NCBI GenBank assembly: GCA_947472795.1
Contig: CANJBL010000013.1
Coordinates: 3,553 to 67,552, forward strand
Direction: 5' to 3'
Origin: Fidelibacterota bacterium
Lineage (GTDB): Bacteria > Pseudomonadota > Alphaproteobacteria > Rhodospirillales > Rhodospirillaceae
DNA length: 64,000 nucleotides
Shown here piece after piece: positions 1-9,929 of the stretch. Under the pieces are notes generated by a model. The model was given only the letters and a program-made list of their open reading frames with translations, did no database searches and was not told the DNA's origin. The translations under genes and the position numbers were made by a program. Each line of letters begins with the position of its first letter. Position 1 is the first letter of the stretch.

Positions 1-946
1 TTGTGAACAGATCGCGGTAATCGCCCTGACGGGTAATCAGCAGATCGACAATGGTGCGCAGGGTTTGTTCCTGGGCCTCGTCGATGACCTTGGGTGTGAA
101 ACGCGGGAAGAACGCGGGATCTTTAGCCAAGGTTTCGAAATCGCTGAAGCCCAGCATGTCGGAGAAGAAGGCGCGTACGCCGCCCTCAATGCTGGGCGAG
201 GACACCATGCGGTCTACTTGGCGCTTCAAGCCTTCCTTGGTGTGAAGATCGCCGCTGGCGGCGGCTTTCAAGAGCACATCATCCGGCGGCGCGTTCCAGA
301 GGAAGAAGCTGAGCGCGGTGGCTTTTGAATACCCGTCCAGGCGCTGTTTTCCCGCAACGGCCGGATCGGTTTCGACTGTTTTGTAGCGATAGAGGAAGTT
401 GGGTGACAGCAGCATGTCGGAGAGAACGGCTTGCATACCGATATAGAAGTCGTGACGTGCGTTAGCCGCCTCGCCGGCCAGCCTGACCTTCGTGGCGAGT
501 TCTTTGTCGGTCATGGGCCGGCGGTACATCAAGCGGCCCACGGCACCGAAGAAGGTGCGCGCGCAGGCGTCATCCGCAGCCGTGGCCGATACCGGCTTGC
601 ACGGGATCAGCGTATTGCGGTGTTGCGCATCGACCACTTGCATGGCGACGTTGCGCGCGAGATCGTCATAGCGCTCCACGCCCGAAGCCGAAATCGAAGC
701 ACTGCGGGCGCCGATGGCCAGCAGACCTTCATCGCGCAGCTCAGGCTCAAACCGTCCGGTGATGGAAATGGACGGCCCGAAAATCTCCAGCACTGATTGT
801 TTATACTGACTGGGGCTCAAGCGCAGCGACAACGGCACTTCGTTCTCCGCCGCGGACGCGGGCGAAAGCGATGCCCCCGCCATAAATGGCAACATGCTCA
901 CCGCAACGGTTAGTGCGCGTGAAATCGCAAAACAACTGTTCTTCAT
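1..946 (-). CDS. DUF1592/DUF1588-family secreted protein, paralog of 4874..6556; 3' end runs off the window start
   Basis: My own reverse translation from the ATG at 946 (GAGGAAAAG RBS upstream) gives MKNSCFAISRALTVAVSMLPFMAGA (signal peptide). It continues [48 protein letters not shown], collinear with the 560-aa ORF at 4874..6556. It is absent from the ORF track because there is no stop codon inside the window. Confidence 0.8.
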   Translation of the reverse strand, partial: MKNSCFAISRALTVAVSMLPFMAGASLSPASAAENEVPLSLRLSPSQYKQSVLEIFGPSISITGRFEPELRDEGLLAIGARSASISASGVERYDDLARNVAMQVVDAQHRNTLIPCKPVSATAADDACARTFFGAVGRLMYRRPMTDKELATKVRLAGEAANARHDFYIGMQAVLSDMLLSPNFLYRYKTVETDPAVAGKQRLDGYSKATALSFFLWNAPPDDVLLKAAASGDLHTKEGLKRQVDRMVSSPSIEGGVRAFFSDMLGFSDFETLAKDPAFFPRFTPKVIDEAQEQTLRTIVDLLITRQGDYRDLFT

Positions 947-983
947 CTTTTCCTCACCAAACGGAATTCTTGATGCCGCTTAT

Positions 984-2126
984 TTATTGGCCCGCGACCT
1001 TCGCCGGCGCCACCACGTCTCCCGCCGAGGCCATGCCGAGGACCTTGCCGTCGGCCGTGGCGATGTAGGCGGGCACGGCCTCCATGCGGAAGGTCGTGGA
1101 GATTTCCTGGTTTTGGCCGGTTTTGGGATCAGGGTTGGCATCGGCCAGCTTCTTGATGGCGTGATAAAGACCAACCGAATCAGAGCCATTTCCCGGGCGC
1201 GCCGTATACATATAGATGAAGCGCATCCAGTTGACGTAACCGCCCCAATATCCAAGCAGCTTGCCTTCGGGCTGTTGCGTGATGCGCATGTGCGCATTGC
1301 GGATAGCAATTTCCGCGTAATAGGGCATCTCGCCTTGCAGGTAGAGGTTGGACGGAGTGATGGTCAGCATGCCGTCTTTGATTTCGCCGTGCAGGACGTT
1401 GTGCGATTTCGGGCTGCCGTCGATGACGTAGCTCGCGTTACTCATGACATTACCGGCGGAATCGCGCTCGAGGTGCTGCGTGACACGGTCGAATGTCAGC
1501 GTGACCTTGCCGTCCTTCGAGAGGTCGTCGCCCGTGATCATCAGCGACCACGCCGGCGAAGTATCCACCATGACGTTCCAGGCCACTTCTTCCGGGAAGG
1601 GCATTACCGGCGGAACAGCGCGGAAGGATTCCGTGCAGCCGACGGCGCGCCACATCTGGTTATCAACTTTGCTGTGGGTGTCGGGGTCTTCGAATTTATT
1701 GGCCTCGGTTTTACCGCCAAGGTCGAACCCATAGGCAAACTTGCCGCTCACCGTCTCGATGTTCGGATCAGTGACGGCTTCAGGATAGTTGTAAATGCTG
1801 ACATGCTGGCCGTTGGCAAGCACGGCGCGGGTGTCGGTTTTGCGCGTTATGTCGGCGGGAAGTTCAGTGGAATTGGGCGCATTGGTGACGATGTCTTCCG
1901 CTTCCTTGCGGGTGTAACCGACGGCCACCAGATCGCGGATCGTCCATTCGGTGCGGCCGCCGTTTTTATTCTGCGGACAGTTGGCTTTGAAGTCGGTCAC
2001 GTTGGTGGCCGTGGCCAGCCAGCTGATGACATAGCCCCGGGTCTCGGCTGCCGAAGCTGGCGCAGCCGCGAAGCACAGCGGAACGGCGACAAGCGCAGTT
2101 CGGCTCAGGATTTTCATGAACGTCAT
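984..2126 (-). CDS. secreted hypothetical protein (unrecognised family), paralog of 6645..7796
   Basis: 380-aa ORF with an N-terminal signal peptide (ILSRTALVAVPLCFAAAPASA). It shares blocks with the ORF at 6645..7796: ET(R/H)GYVISW, NCP(Q/E)N(K/R)NGGRTE, WRAVGCT, YMYTARP, DPDPKTGQN. Confidence 0.8.
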   Translation of the reverse strand: MTFMKILSRTALVAVPLCFAAAPASAAETRGYVISWLATATNVTDFKANCPQNKNGGRTEWTIRDLVAVGYTRKEAEDIVTNAPNSTELPADITRKTDTRAVLANGQHVSIYNYPEAVTDPNIETVSGKFAYGFDLGGKTEANKFEDPDTHSKVDNQMWRAVGCTESFRAVPPVMPFPEEVAWNVMVDTSPAWSLMITGDDLSKDGKVTLTFDRVTQHLERDSAGNVMSNASYVIDGSPKSHNVLHGEIKDGMLTITPSNLYLQGEMPYYAEIAIRNAHMRITQQPEGKLLGYWGGYVNWMRFIYMYTARPGNGSDSVGLYHAIKKLADANPDPKTGQNQEISTTFRMEAVPAYIATADGKVLGMASAGDVVAPAKVAGQ

Positions 2127-2177
2127 ATGTCCTCTCCCTGACCTCGGCGCTTTGATGGCTGCGCCAGCGTCACCAAT

Positions 2178-3491
2178 TTAGTTAAAGAACGTCACCAGAT
2201 GCCAGTAAAGGCCAGACCCGGCCATTTCCCTGGCCGCGGCGGCATTGTCGCCACCGGTCACGGAAAGGTCGCGTTTGCCTTCCTTATCGCCGTACATGAC
2301 TTCGTGGCGATTGTTGCCCTGAATGTCGCCGGGCTTCTTGTCGCCAGCAAAGGTATAGAGCGCGCTGCCTTTATAGGCCCACTGCTTGCTGCCGTCGGCG
2401 CGCGCCACCACTTCCCAGAACCCGGAGGGCTGCGCGTTGGCGGGCGCCACGAGAGGGCGGTAGTCCTTGAGACAGTCGGCCGTGCAGCCACGCGTGCCCA
2501 CCAGCTTCGCAACGGCGTAGGAGGCATGATAGCCATCGCGCGCGTGACGGCCACCGTACTGCAGCTTGTAGCGCGAGACCGTGTAGAGCGAGAGGCCCTT
2601 AGCGTTGGTCATCACCGGCCCGCGATAGGGCAGGATATCCACCGCCACCGACGGCGGGGTGTAGTGCTCGAAAGCCAACGCCGGCTTCGCGTCTTTCTCG
2701 GCAAGGATGCCGTTCAAGTCCGTATCGGAATAATCACCGCTGAACGTGTAAAGACGCTGACCTTTGTAGGCCCACTGTGTGGTGCCGTCTTCCCGCGTGG
2801 CCAGCGTAAAATCACCGATGGGACGCGCAACGGCCGGCGCGTAGACCGGCGCCCAGCGCGCCGTATCCTTCGGCGGCGTCTTCAGGACGTAGGTGACCAT
2901 GTGGTTGGTGGATGAGATGAAGCCATACCCATTCGCAACGGCGAGGCTCTGCAACTCGATACCGGACGGGGTCGGGGTCGTCGACTCAGGCGTAAAGGCC
3001 GCGCGGCGCCAGCCCTGCTTCGGCGTGTTCACAGAACTCGCGGGATCGGAAAGCGCCTCAGGACCGCCGGCACGTCCGCCGCGGCGTCCGGGCGGCTCCG
3101 CGGTGGGATCTTTGCCGGAGTAGCGATAAAGCGGGCGGCCCTGATAGGCCCACTGCTTGGCGCCATCGGCGCGCGCCACCACGCTCCAGTCGCCGGAGGC
3201 AACTGCAGTGGCGGAGGCGAGCAGCGGCGGAAATTCCTTGGCGCATTCATCGTTGCAGCTGGATTTTCCCGTGGTCTCGTCCTTGTCATAGAAATAGAGC
3301 GGGTTGCCCGTAGCGTCGCCAAGACGGCGCCACAAGAATTTGTCGCCGGCGTTGGTCACATCGACAAGCGTGATGCCCACAGGCGTTGAGGCGGGCGCTG
3401 CGTTCTTGTCAGCTGCCGCAGCCCCTGTGGCCAGCGCGAGGCTTATCGCCGTGAACCCGGCCGCATGGAGAAGTGTGGTTTTCATGAGCAT
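2178..3491 (-). CDS. secreted repeat protein, COG4315/Lipoprotein_15-like (Yx[FWY]xxD repeats)
   Basis: Signal peptide MKTTLLHAAGFTAISLALATGAAAA. Four repeats of the type WAY(Q/K)G.PLY.(Y/F)(S/A)GD are typical of the PF03640 'secreted repeat of unknown function'. Start is uncertain (GTG 3503, ATG 3491 or ATG 3485). Confidence 0.75.
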   Translation of the reverse strand: MLMKTTLLHAAGFTAISLALATGAAAADKNAAPASTPVGITLVDVTNAGDKFLWRRLGDATGNPLYFYDKDETTGKSSCNDECAKEFPPLLASATAVASGDWSVVARADGAKQWAYQGRPLYRYSGKDPTAEPPGRRGGRAGGPEALSDPASSVNTPKQGWRRAAFTPESTTPTPSGIELQSLAVANGYGFISSTNHMVTYVLKTPPKDTARWAPVYAPAVARPIGDFTLATREDGTTQWAYKGQRLYTFSGDYSDTDLNGILAEKDAKPALAFEHYTPPSVAVDILPYRGPVMTNAKGLSLYTVSRYKLQYGGRHARDGYHASYAVAKLVGTRGCTADCLKDYRPLVAPANAQPSGFWEVVARADGSKQWAYKGSALYTFAGDKKPGDIQGNNRHEVMYGDKEGKRDLSVTGGDNAAAAREMAGSGLYWHLVTFFN

Positions 3492-3503
3492 GCTGTCCCC
3501 CAC

Positions 3504-4862
3504 CTAGGCCAAGACTTCGGAGATGGAACTGGTGACGCGATTGGAGCCAAAGCCCCATTCGCTGATGGGCACACCCATAGCCTGCTGCACCGTGAGGCCG
3601 ACGCGCGTCACCGCATCGCCCGACTTCGGAATGTGCATGCCGGTCTTCATACGCCCGTTGCCGCTGCCGATGGTGATGACCGGATAGTTGCGGATGGAGT
3701 GCAAACGCGGCGCGCCGTGATCGGTGTAAGCGAAGATGACCATGCGGTCGAGCAGCGTGCGGTCGCCTTCCTGGATGTTGTCCATGGTCATGGCAAAATC
3801 GTACAGCGCCTTCATGTAGAGGCTCTGGAACCAGGCACTCTTCACCTGGTATCCGAGCACGGGATCGATAGGCTCTTCGTGCGTGTAGGTGTGGTGATTG
3901 GTGGGATCGCCCTCCATGCGCAGGCCCGACATGCCGACGGTCATGGCGTAGTTCACCGAGCGGGTCTGGCCGCAGGCGAGCGCGTGCGCGAGAAGCACGG
4001 CGAACTGGTTGTGACGTTCCATGGCGTCGGTCGCCAGCGTCAGGGCCTGTTCTTTTTCCTTCTCGGGCACGCCGGGCTTTGTGCAAGCAGCCAAAGGCTC
4101 CGGCTTCTGGAGCTGGAAGGCCAGTTTCTGTTCCAGCGTGCGCAGCGAGGTGAAGTAGTTGTCGAGCTTGGCGCGGTCGGAGGCGCCGAGCAAACGCATC
4201 AGCTCCTCGCGTTCGTCCTTCACGGCCGACAGCACGCTGTGGCGGACCATGACGTCCGGATCGGGCGTGAACTCGGCCGCGTTGGGGTCCTTATATTCAG
4301 GCCCAAAGATGCGGGTGTAGAGCGCCAGCGGCGAGACTTCAGAAGGTTGAAGACCGGTATCCAGACGGCTGCTCCACGTGGCCTTGGGATCGCCCGAAGC
4401 CGTGCATTCGATGGAGCGGAAGCGGGTGCCTTGCGCGATGAGGTCGGTGATCACCGTATCAAAGCTGCCGAAGTAACCACCCGTGCTGGAGACCTTGCCG
4501 GTCATCATGCCTTGCACACCTGTGTAGTGCGTGCTGTTGCTCTGACCGTCGAGGAACACCTGGCCGCCGGAGAAGAGGTTCATCTTCTTTTGGATCGGCT
4601 TCAGAGCCTGTAACTGGATTGGCAGTTCGTAGTTGGTACCGGCATCCTTGGGACGCCAATCGGCTTCCCCAAGACCTAGAGCCCAGAACCATGTGGCAAA
4701 GCGCGGCTGCAGCGGTGCGCCGGTGGCGGCATAGGCATTGCCGTTGTCGTTCAGCAGGCAGTCGAAGGTTGGAAGCCCCACTGTTATGGCGCTCCCCGCC
4801 ATCATGCCTTTCAGCACGCGCCGGCGGTTCAACATTCTTTCCAGAACGGATGTTGCAGCCAT
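3504..4862 (-). CDS. DUF1552 domain-containing protein with a Tat-type signal
   Basis: 452-aa ORF. The N-terminus NRRRVLKGMMAGSAITVGLP looks like a twin-arginine signal. The overall pattern matches DUF1552 proteins, which pair with DUF1592-family genes. It lies directly downstream of such a gene. Confidence 0.8.
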   Translation of the reverse strand: MAATSVLERMLNRRRVLKGMMAGSAITVGLPTFDCLLNDNGNAYAATGAPLQPRFATWFWALGLGEADWRPKDAGTNYELPIQLQALKPIQKKMNLFSGGQVFLDGQSNSTHYTGVQGMMTGKVSSTGGYFGSFDTVITDLIAQGTRFRSIECTASGDPKATWSSRLDTGLQPSEVSPLALYTRIFGPEYKDPNAAEFTPDPDVMVRHSVLSAVKDEREELMRLLGASDRAKLDNYFTSLRTLEQKLAFQLQKPEPLAACTKPGVPEKEKEQALTLATDAMERHNQFAVLLAHALACGQTRSVNYAMTVGMSGLRMEGDPTNHHTYTHEEPIDPVLGYQVKSAWFQSLYMKALYDFAMTMDNIQEGDRTLLDRMVIFAYTDHGAPRLHSIRNYPVITIGSGNGRMKTGMHIPKSGDAVTRVGLTVQQAMGVPISEWGFGSNRVTSSISEVLA

Positions 4863-4873
4863 GGTCGTTCTCC

Positions 4874-6556
4874 CTATTGCACGCTTTGACCGGCCGCAGC
4901 GGCGACCTTGCTGGGCGGTAGTTTGTAGAGCAGGTCGCTCAGAGCGATCTGGCGCAACAACTCGACGAAATTGTAGTGGCTATCGGTGAACTTCTTCTGG
5001 ATCCCAACCCATTCAGCGTCGTTGGCGGCGGGCAGCTGGCCAGCGCCAAAGGCAAACGCCTTCTTGGCCACGCAACTCGTCACGGCGGGATCGTCGTGCA
5101 AGACCTTGGCCAAACCGGCGGGTCCGTCGAACTTCACGCCCGAAAGTTCGCCCGAAGTATCGATCTGCACGCCATTCTCGGTGGTGCGATAGCCGCCGGC
5201 TGAATCGAAGTTCTCCAGCGCCAGACCAATCGGATCGGTGATCTTGTGGCAGCCGGCACACATGGCTTCCGAGCGATGTGCCGTGAGGCGATCACGCGTG
5301 GTTTTGTAGACGGGGTTGGATGTGTCCTGCACAAACTTGAAATCGACGTTCCCCGGCGGCGGCGGAACCGCTTGGCAGAGAATATTCTCGCGCAAAGCTT
5401 TGCCGCGACCCGTCGGTGATGTTCGGCCGGCGGGCGAATGCAACGCGACGAAGCTGGCTTGGGCCAGGATGCCCGCGCGCGGATCGCCCGGCTGGAAGCT
5501 GTAAGGCATCCAGTGTTCAGGTTGGCCGTTGTCGGTCTTGTCGATGAGCGGCACGCCGTAGATGGGGGCCAGCGACGAGGTCAGGAAGGTGTGCGGTGTT
5601 GTGAAAAGATCACGGTAGTCGCCTTGCCGCGCGATGAGGTGATCGACGACGGTGCGCAGGGTTTGCTCCTGCGACTGGTCTTTCACGGTCAACGTATAGC
5701 GCGGGAAAAACTGCGGGTCCTTGGCGACCGTCTCGAATTCGGAAAAGCCCAGCATGTCGGCGAAGAAAGCGCGTACAGCCCCTTCGACGCGCGGGCTCGA
5801 GACCATGCGATCCACCTGACGCTTCAGGCCTTCCTTCGTATTGATTTCACCGGTCTCGGCGGCCTTCAACAGCATCTTGTCGGGTGTGGAGTTCCAGAGG
5901 AAGAAGCTGAGCGCAGAGGCCTTGGAGTAGGCATCAAGGCGTTGCTGGCCGGGGTGATTGGGATCGGGCTCGAGTACGCGATAGCGGAACAAGAACTTGG
6001 GCGAGATCAGCATATCCGAGAGGATTGCCGCCTGGCCGGCGTAGAAATTGTGCAGCGTATTCGCTGCTTCGCTGCTGGCCTTCACTTTGCTTTCGACTTC
6101 CGCCGACGACATGGGACGGCGGTACATCAACTCGCCGATGGCGGTGATGAAATCGCGCGCGCAAGCCTCATCGGCCGCATTCTCGGCTTTGGGTTTGCAC
6201 GGCAGAAGCGTATCGCGATGGTCTTTGTCCACGACCTGCGCGGCAACACCGCGGGCGAGATCGTCGTAGCGCTCGACGCCGGTGGAGGAAACGCTGACTT
6301 GGCGGGCTCCGATGGCGAGCAGTCCCTCCGTGCGCTCTTCCGGCTCGAAGCGCCCTGCGATGGCGATATGGCCGCCAAAGATATCCGCGATGGACTGCTT
6401 GTACTGGCTGGGGCTCAAACGGATCGATTGAGCGGGTTCCGCTGCCGTGGCCGCGTCATCGGCTGCGCGCACGCGATGGTCGGAACTTGCTAAAGCCAGC
6501 GGCAGAAGCCCTGCCCCCAGCAACAGCAGGCGGCGCGCGCGGTTAGACGTCTTCAT
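4874..6556 (-). CDS. DUF1592/DUF1588/DUF1585-family protein with a CxxCH haem-binding motif
   Basis: 560-aa ORF with a signal peptide ([16 protein letters not shown]). It carries conserved [11 protein letters not shown] and FFADMLGF blocks and a CAGCH motif near the C-terminus ([15 protein letters not shown]). Confidence 0.85.
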   Translation of the reverse strand: MKTSNRARRLLLLGAGLLPLALASSDHRVRAADDAATAAEPAQSIRLSPSQYKQSIADIFGGHIAIAGRFEPEERTEGLLAIGARQVSVSSTGVERYDDLARGVAAQVVDKDHRDTLLPCKPKAENAADEACARDFITAIGELMYRRPMSSAEVESKVKASSEAANTLHNFYAGQAAILSDMLISPKFLFRYRVLEPDPNHPGQQRLDAYSKASALSFFLWNSTPDKMLLKAAETGEINTKEGLKRQVDRMVSSPRVEGAVRAFFADMLGFSEFETVAKDPQFFPRYTLTVKDQSQEQTLRTVVDHLIARQGDYRDLFTTPHTFLTSSLAPIYGVPLIDKTDNGQPEHWMPYSFQPGDPRAGILAQASFVALHSPAGRTSPTGRGKALRENILCQAVPPPPGNVDFKFVQDTSNPVYKTTRDRLTAHRSEAMCAGCHKITDPIGLALENFDSAGGYRTTENGVQIDTSGELSGVKFDGPAGLAKVLHDDPAVTSCVAKKAFAFGAGQLPAANDAEWVGIQKKFTDSHYNFVELLRQIALSDLLYKLPPSKVAAAAGQSVQ

Positions 6557-6644
6557 ACGATACGAACTCCCATTCTCTCTCGCAAATTGCCCTTGGCAAA
6601 TTGCCCTCGCAAATCGATGGTCGCAACACTCGGCGCAACGCTGC

Positions 6645-7796
6645 CTAGTTGGTGGGCGCGGCCGCGACCTTTTCCGGCTGCGGCGCAGTGCTCACCGGCA
6701 CCGGCGAAGCAACCAGCTTGCCCTCTTCCGTCGCAAGGAACGCAGGTACTGCCTCCATGCGCCACGTGGCCGAGATCATGCGGTTCTGTCCGGTTTTGGG
6801 ATCGGGATCGGCATCGGCGAACTTCTTCAGCGCGTGCCACATGCCCACCACGTCCTGACCGTTCACCGGACGGGCGGTATACATATAGGCGTAGCGCTGC
6901 CAATCGAGGAAACCACCCCAGTAACCTGAGAGCGTGCCGTCGGGCGACTTCATGTTAATACGCATGTGCGTGTCGTGCATGGCGATCTCGGCATAGAACG
7001 GCATCTCGCCTTCGAGGTAGATATCCTTCGGCGTGATGGACAGCACACCATTCTTGATCTCGCCCTGCAGCACGTTGTGCGAGCGCGGACCGGAATCAAT
7101 CACATATGTCGCACCGGTAAGCACGTTGCCCGCAGCATCGCGCTTCAGGTGCTGGGTGAGCAGGTCCATGGTGATGGTGACCTTGCCGTCCTTGGAAAGA
7201 TCGTCGCCCGTGAGCATGACCGACCAAGCCGGCGCGGAATCGATCATCAAGTGCCAGGTCAGGTCTTCGAAATAGGGGCGGTCCGGCGGGTTGGTGTCGA
7301 AAGAATGGGTGCAACCAACCGCGCGCCAGAGCTGATTGTCGATCTTCTGGTGCGTGTCCGGATCCTCGAACTTCATCTTGTCGTTCTTCACGCCAAGATC
7401 GAAACCGTAGGCGATTTTGCCGACGACGGTCTCGATGTTCGGGTCTGCGACGGACTCAGGATAGTTGTAGATGATGGCCGGCTTGCCGTTGACGGAGCCG
7501 CGTGTGGCGACGCGCGTTTCGTATTTAGCCTCGAGGGTGCCGCCTTGCGTCTTCATAATTTCATCGGCTTCCGCCTCGGTGTAGCCGATCTGCGTGAGCT
7601 GGCGGTGATAGTTCTCCGTGCGGCCGCCATTGCGGTTCTCGGGGCAACTCGCCTTCCTATCGAGATTGTAGGTGGCGGTGGCGAACCAGCTGATGACGTA
7701 GCCATGGGTCTCGGCGCGCGCCACGGACGACACACTTAAAGGAATGGCAAACGCCAGCGACGCCGCGCTCAGCCCAAGATACTTGCGCAAGTTCAT
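6645..7796 (-). CDS. secreted hypothetical protein, paralog of 984..2126
   Basis: ATG at 7796 is preceded by GGGAGGG. Signal peptide MNLRKYLGLSAASLAFAIPLSVSSVARA. Collinear similarity to 984..2126. The longer track ORF (to 7931) is an upstream extension. Confidence 0.8.
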   Translation of the reverse strand: MNLRKYLGLSAASLAFAIPLSVSSVARAETHGYVISWFATATYNLDRKASCPENRNGGRTENYHRQLTQIGYTEAEADEIMKTQGGTLEAKYETRVATRGSVNGKPAIIYNYPESVADPNIETVVGKIAYGFDLGVKNDKMKFEDPDTHQKIDNQLWRAVGCTHSFDTNPPDRPYFEDLTWHLMIDSAPAWSVMLTGDDLSKDGKVTITMDLLTQHLKRDAAGNVLTGATYVIDSGPRSHNVLQGEIKNGVLSITPKDIYLEGEMPFYAEIAMHDTHMRINMKSPDGTLSGYWGGFLDWQRYAYMYTARPVNGQDVVGMWHALKKFADADPDPKTGQNRMISATWRMEAVPAFLATEEGKLVASPVPVSTAPQPEKVAAAPTN

Positions 7797-8246
7797 ATGA
7801 ACCCTCCCTGTCTTCGTCGCGCGTTCGCGCTGCGCGGTTATCAAAACTATCGCAAATTCTGACGTTTGGCGTGCAGCCGTCACCCCCGGCCGCGCGTCAA
7901 TATCCGTAACCAAATGTAACATAAGGCACACACAAAGTGCGATTTCTTTCCCTCGTGCGATTCCGGCTTAGAGCATTGTATCCGCATAGATTTTCATGGT
8001 TTGTCCGCGAAATTGTTCGGCAGCGATCCGGTGCTCGCAGGAATGTGAAAAAAGGGAAGCAAAACGGCCAACTGACCGGACAGATGTGCGCGGCTGTCGA
8101 AATGCTTCTGCTCCAAGGGGCGCAATTTTGAGCACGCGCCCGGCAACAACGGCGGGAAACGCAAGGTTGTTATTGCTTTCGCCGCCCTGTACATCGAACT
8201 GCGCGCGACGAATGACATTTCCACTTTTTATTTGTGCCTGTCTCAT

Positions 8247-9929
8247 ATGCAGTCTTTGAAGGGCCCTGTTGCCCGGGTACTTCCCGCGGCGTGGATCACG
8301 ATCCTGATCCTGCCGAGCCTTGCCTGGATTTTGATCGACGAGCGGGTGTGGCCTTGGGACCCGGGATATTACGGCGACTGGACGTTGCGCGCGGCTGACC
8401 TGCTCGCGCGGGGGATGCTGCATGAGTGGTACGACTTCAATATGCATGCCCTGCAGTTGATGCCGCCCTTGATCGTCTGGCTGGGGCAGTTTTTCGTGCC
8501 GCTGCGCCACGTGACGGGTGACGTGGAATCAGCCCTGATGCTCCTCAATATCTGCACGGGTGCTGCCACCTTGGCATTGATCTATCGCCTGGCCCGCAAC
8601 CTTGGCGCCGGCCTGCTGGCCAGCCTGGCGGCAACGACGGTGTGCGGCGGCGCTGATCTCTTCATCGGATTGATGCACCACTATTTCACCGAGCCGCTTC
8701 AGTCCTTCGCCGCAGCCCTATCGATGCTCGTCGCATTGCACGTGGAGCGGCGTTCCGGCCTGCGCAATCTGGCCCTCGTGCTGTTGCTGATCGATGTGGC
8801 TTTCCTGGCGAAGGCATCGAGCCTGACGTTTATTGCGCCCGCGCTGGCGTATATGGCGGTCGCGCTGTTTGCCACCCGCGGCGATGCGCGCGCGCGCGCA
8901 ACGCGTATCGACAAGGTATTGCTGGCGGTGGGCGTGGTTGGACTTATCCTCACCTTCATTTGGTACAACACCAATTGGACCGTCATGGCCAAACACTTTG
9001 TTCAGGCCACAACCGGTGAAGAAGTCCAGAATTACTATCCGACGACGCTGTCTTTTGCGGTCAAACTGAAATATTGGATCGGCACACTGGCGGACGCGGT
9101 GTTCCTGAGCCGCTGGGGCCTTGCCGCACTCTGTCTCATGATCGTGGCGGCCATTGCAGTTGCGATGGCGAAACTGCGCGCACGCTTTTCAGCGGGCTTC
9201 GCGACCCTGCTGCGCGAGTCCGTCACAACGGGTGCACTTTACGGCCTTTATCTCGCCGGCATGGTGATCGCGATCATTTTTTCCTTCGCTCTGCAGATCA
9301 ATGAGGACCCACGCTATCTGGCGGCGGTCGTTCCTTTAATAGCGGGCCTTGTCGCTTGGACGCTGACGGTTTTGCGGCGGCCCGTCTTGAGTGCTCTCGT
9401 GATCCTCACGGGCATAGCCAACGCGGTCATGGCGAACGCCATCGCGCTTCACTTCTTTCCGTCGCTTTACTACATCTGGCTCTGGCCGGTGGACAAAAGC
9501 CTGACGGAGAGAACCGCTTTGACCCGCATCATCGACGCGACTTGCCAGGACGGGACGCAGATCAATGCTATCGGCGTGTCCTATCCCTGGACCAATTCCA
9601 ACACCGCCAATTTCTTCGCGCAAAAGCAGCGTCTAGATACGCATTTCAGCTGTACGTATTTCTCGATGCCGCAGGATGACGTCAAAACGGCGTTCACCTG
9701 GCTCGACACAACCCGTATCGCCTATGCTGTCACCGTAGCGCCGGAACAGCAGGACCCGCCCAACTTCGTCAATGTGAGCGCGAAGCCGATCGCCGAGGCA
9801 CTGGCCGCCGATGCCCGTTTTGAACTGATGCCTTCATCCAGCCACCGCTTCAAAATCTACCGGCGCCTTCCTGAACCCAGCAGCGCGCCCGAGAGTGACG
9901 AAAGCCACACAAACGAAGGCCGTCCGTGA
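8247..9929 (+). CDS. polytopic membrane protein, putative GT-C type (ArnT/PMT_2-like) glycosyltransferase
   Basis: About 560 aa with many hydrophobic helices. A DE-containing first loop (LIDERVWPWDPGYY) is followed by a soluble C-terminal domain. The neighbourhood contains GT2 and flippase-like genes. Start is ATG 8247 or TTG 8232. Confidence 0.55.
   Translation: MQSLKGPVARVLPAAWITILILPSLAWILIDERVWPWDPGYYGDWTLRAADLLARGMLHEWYDFNMHALQLMPPLIVWLGQFFVPLRHVTGDVESALMLLNICTGAATLALIYRLARNLGAGLLASLAATTVCGGADLFIGLMHHYFTEPLQSFAAALSMLVALHVERRSGLRNLALVLLLIDVAFLAKASSLTFIAPALAYMAVALFATRGDARARATRIDKVLLAVGVVGLILTFIWYNTNWTVMAKHFVQATTGEEVQNYYPTTLSFAVKLKYWIGTLADAVFLSRWGLAALCLMIVAAIAVAMAKLRARFSAGFATLLRESVTTGALYGLYLAGMVIAIIFSFALQINEDPRYLAAVVPLIAGLVAWTLTVLRRPVLSALVILTGIANAVMANAIALHFFPSLYYIWLWPVDKSLTERTALTRIIDATCQDGTQINAIGVSYPWTNSNTANFFAQKQRLDTHFSCTYFSMPQDDVKTAFTWLDTTRIAYAVTVAPEQQDPPNFVNVSAKPIAEALAADARFELMPSSSHRFKIYRRLPEPSSAPESDESHTNEGRP

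Noticed and set aside
894-2141. Long + strand ORF (415 aa) opposite the secreted-protein gene. Similar long antisense ORFs occur at 3465..4613, 5438..6493, 12724..13788, 18612..19634, 28864..29712, 39245..40273, 41264..42352, 43075..44211, 46792..47820, 52063..53052, 53225..54133, 54554..55672, 57899..59047, 58956..59939 and 61747..62889.
   Set aside because: These are shadow ORFs typical of high-GC DNA. Their translations are Arg/Gly/His/Ala-rich low-complexity with no family resemblance. The opposite strand in every case encodes a clearly recognisable protein.
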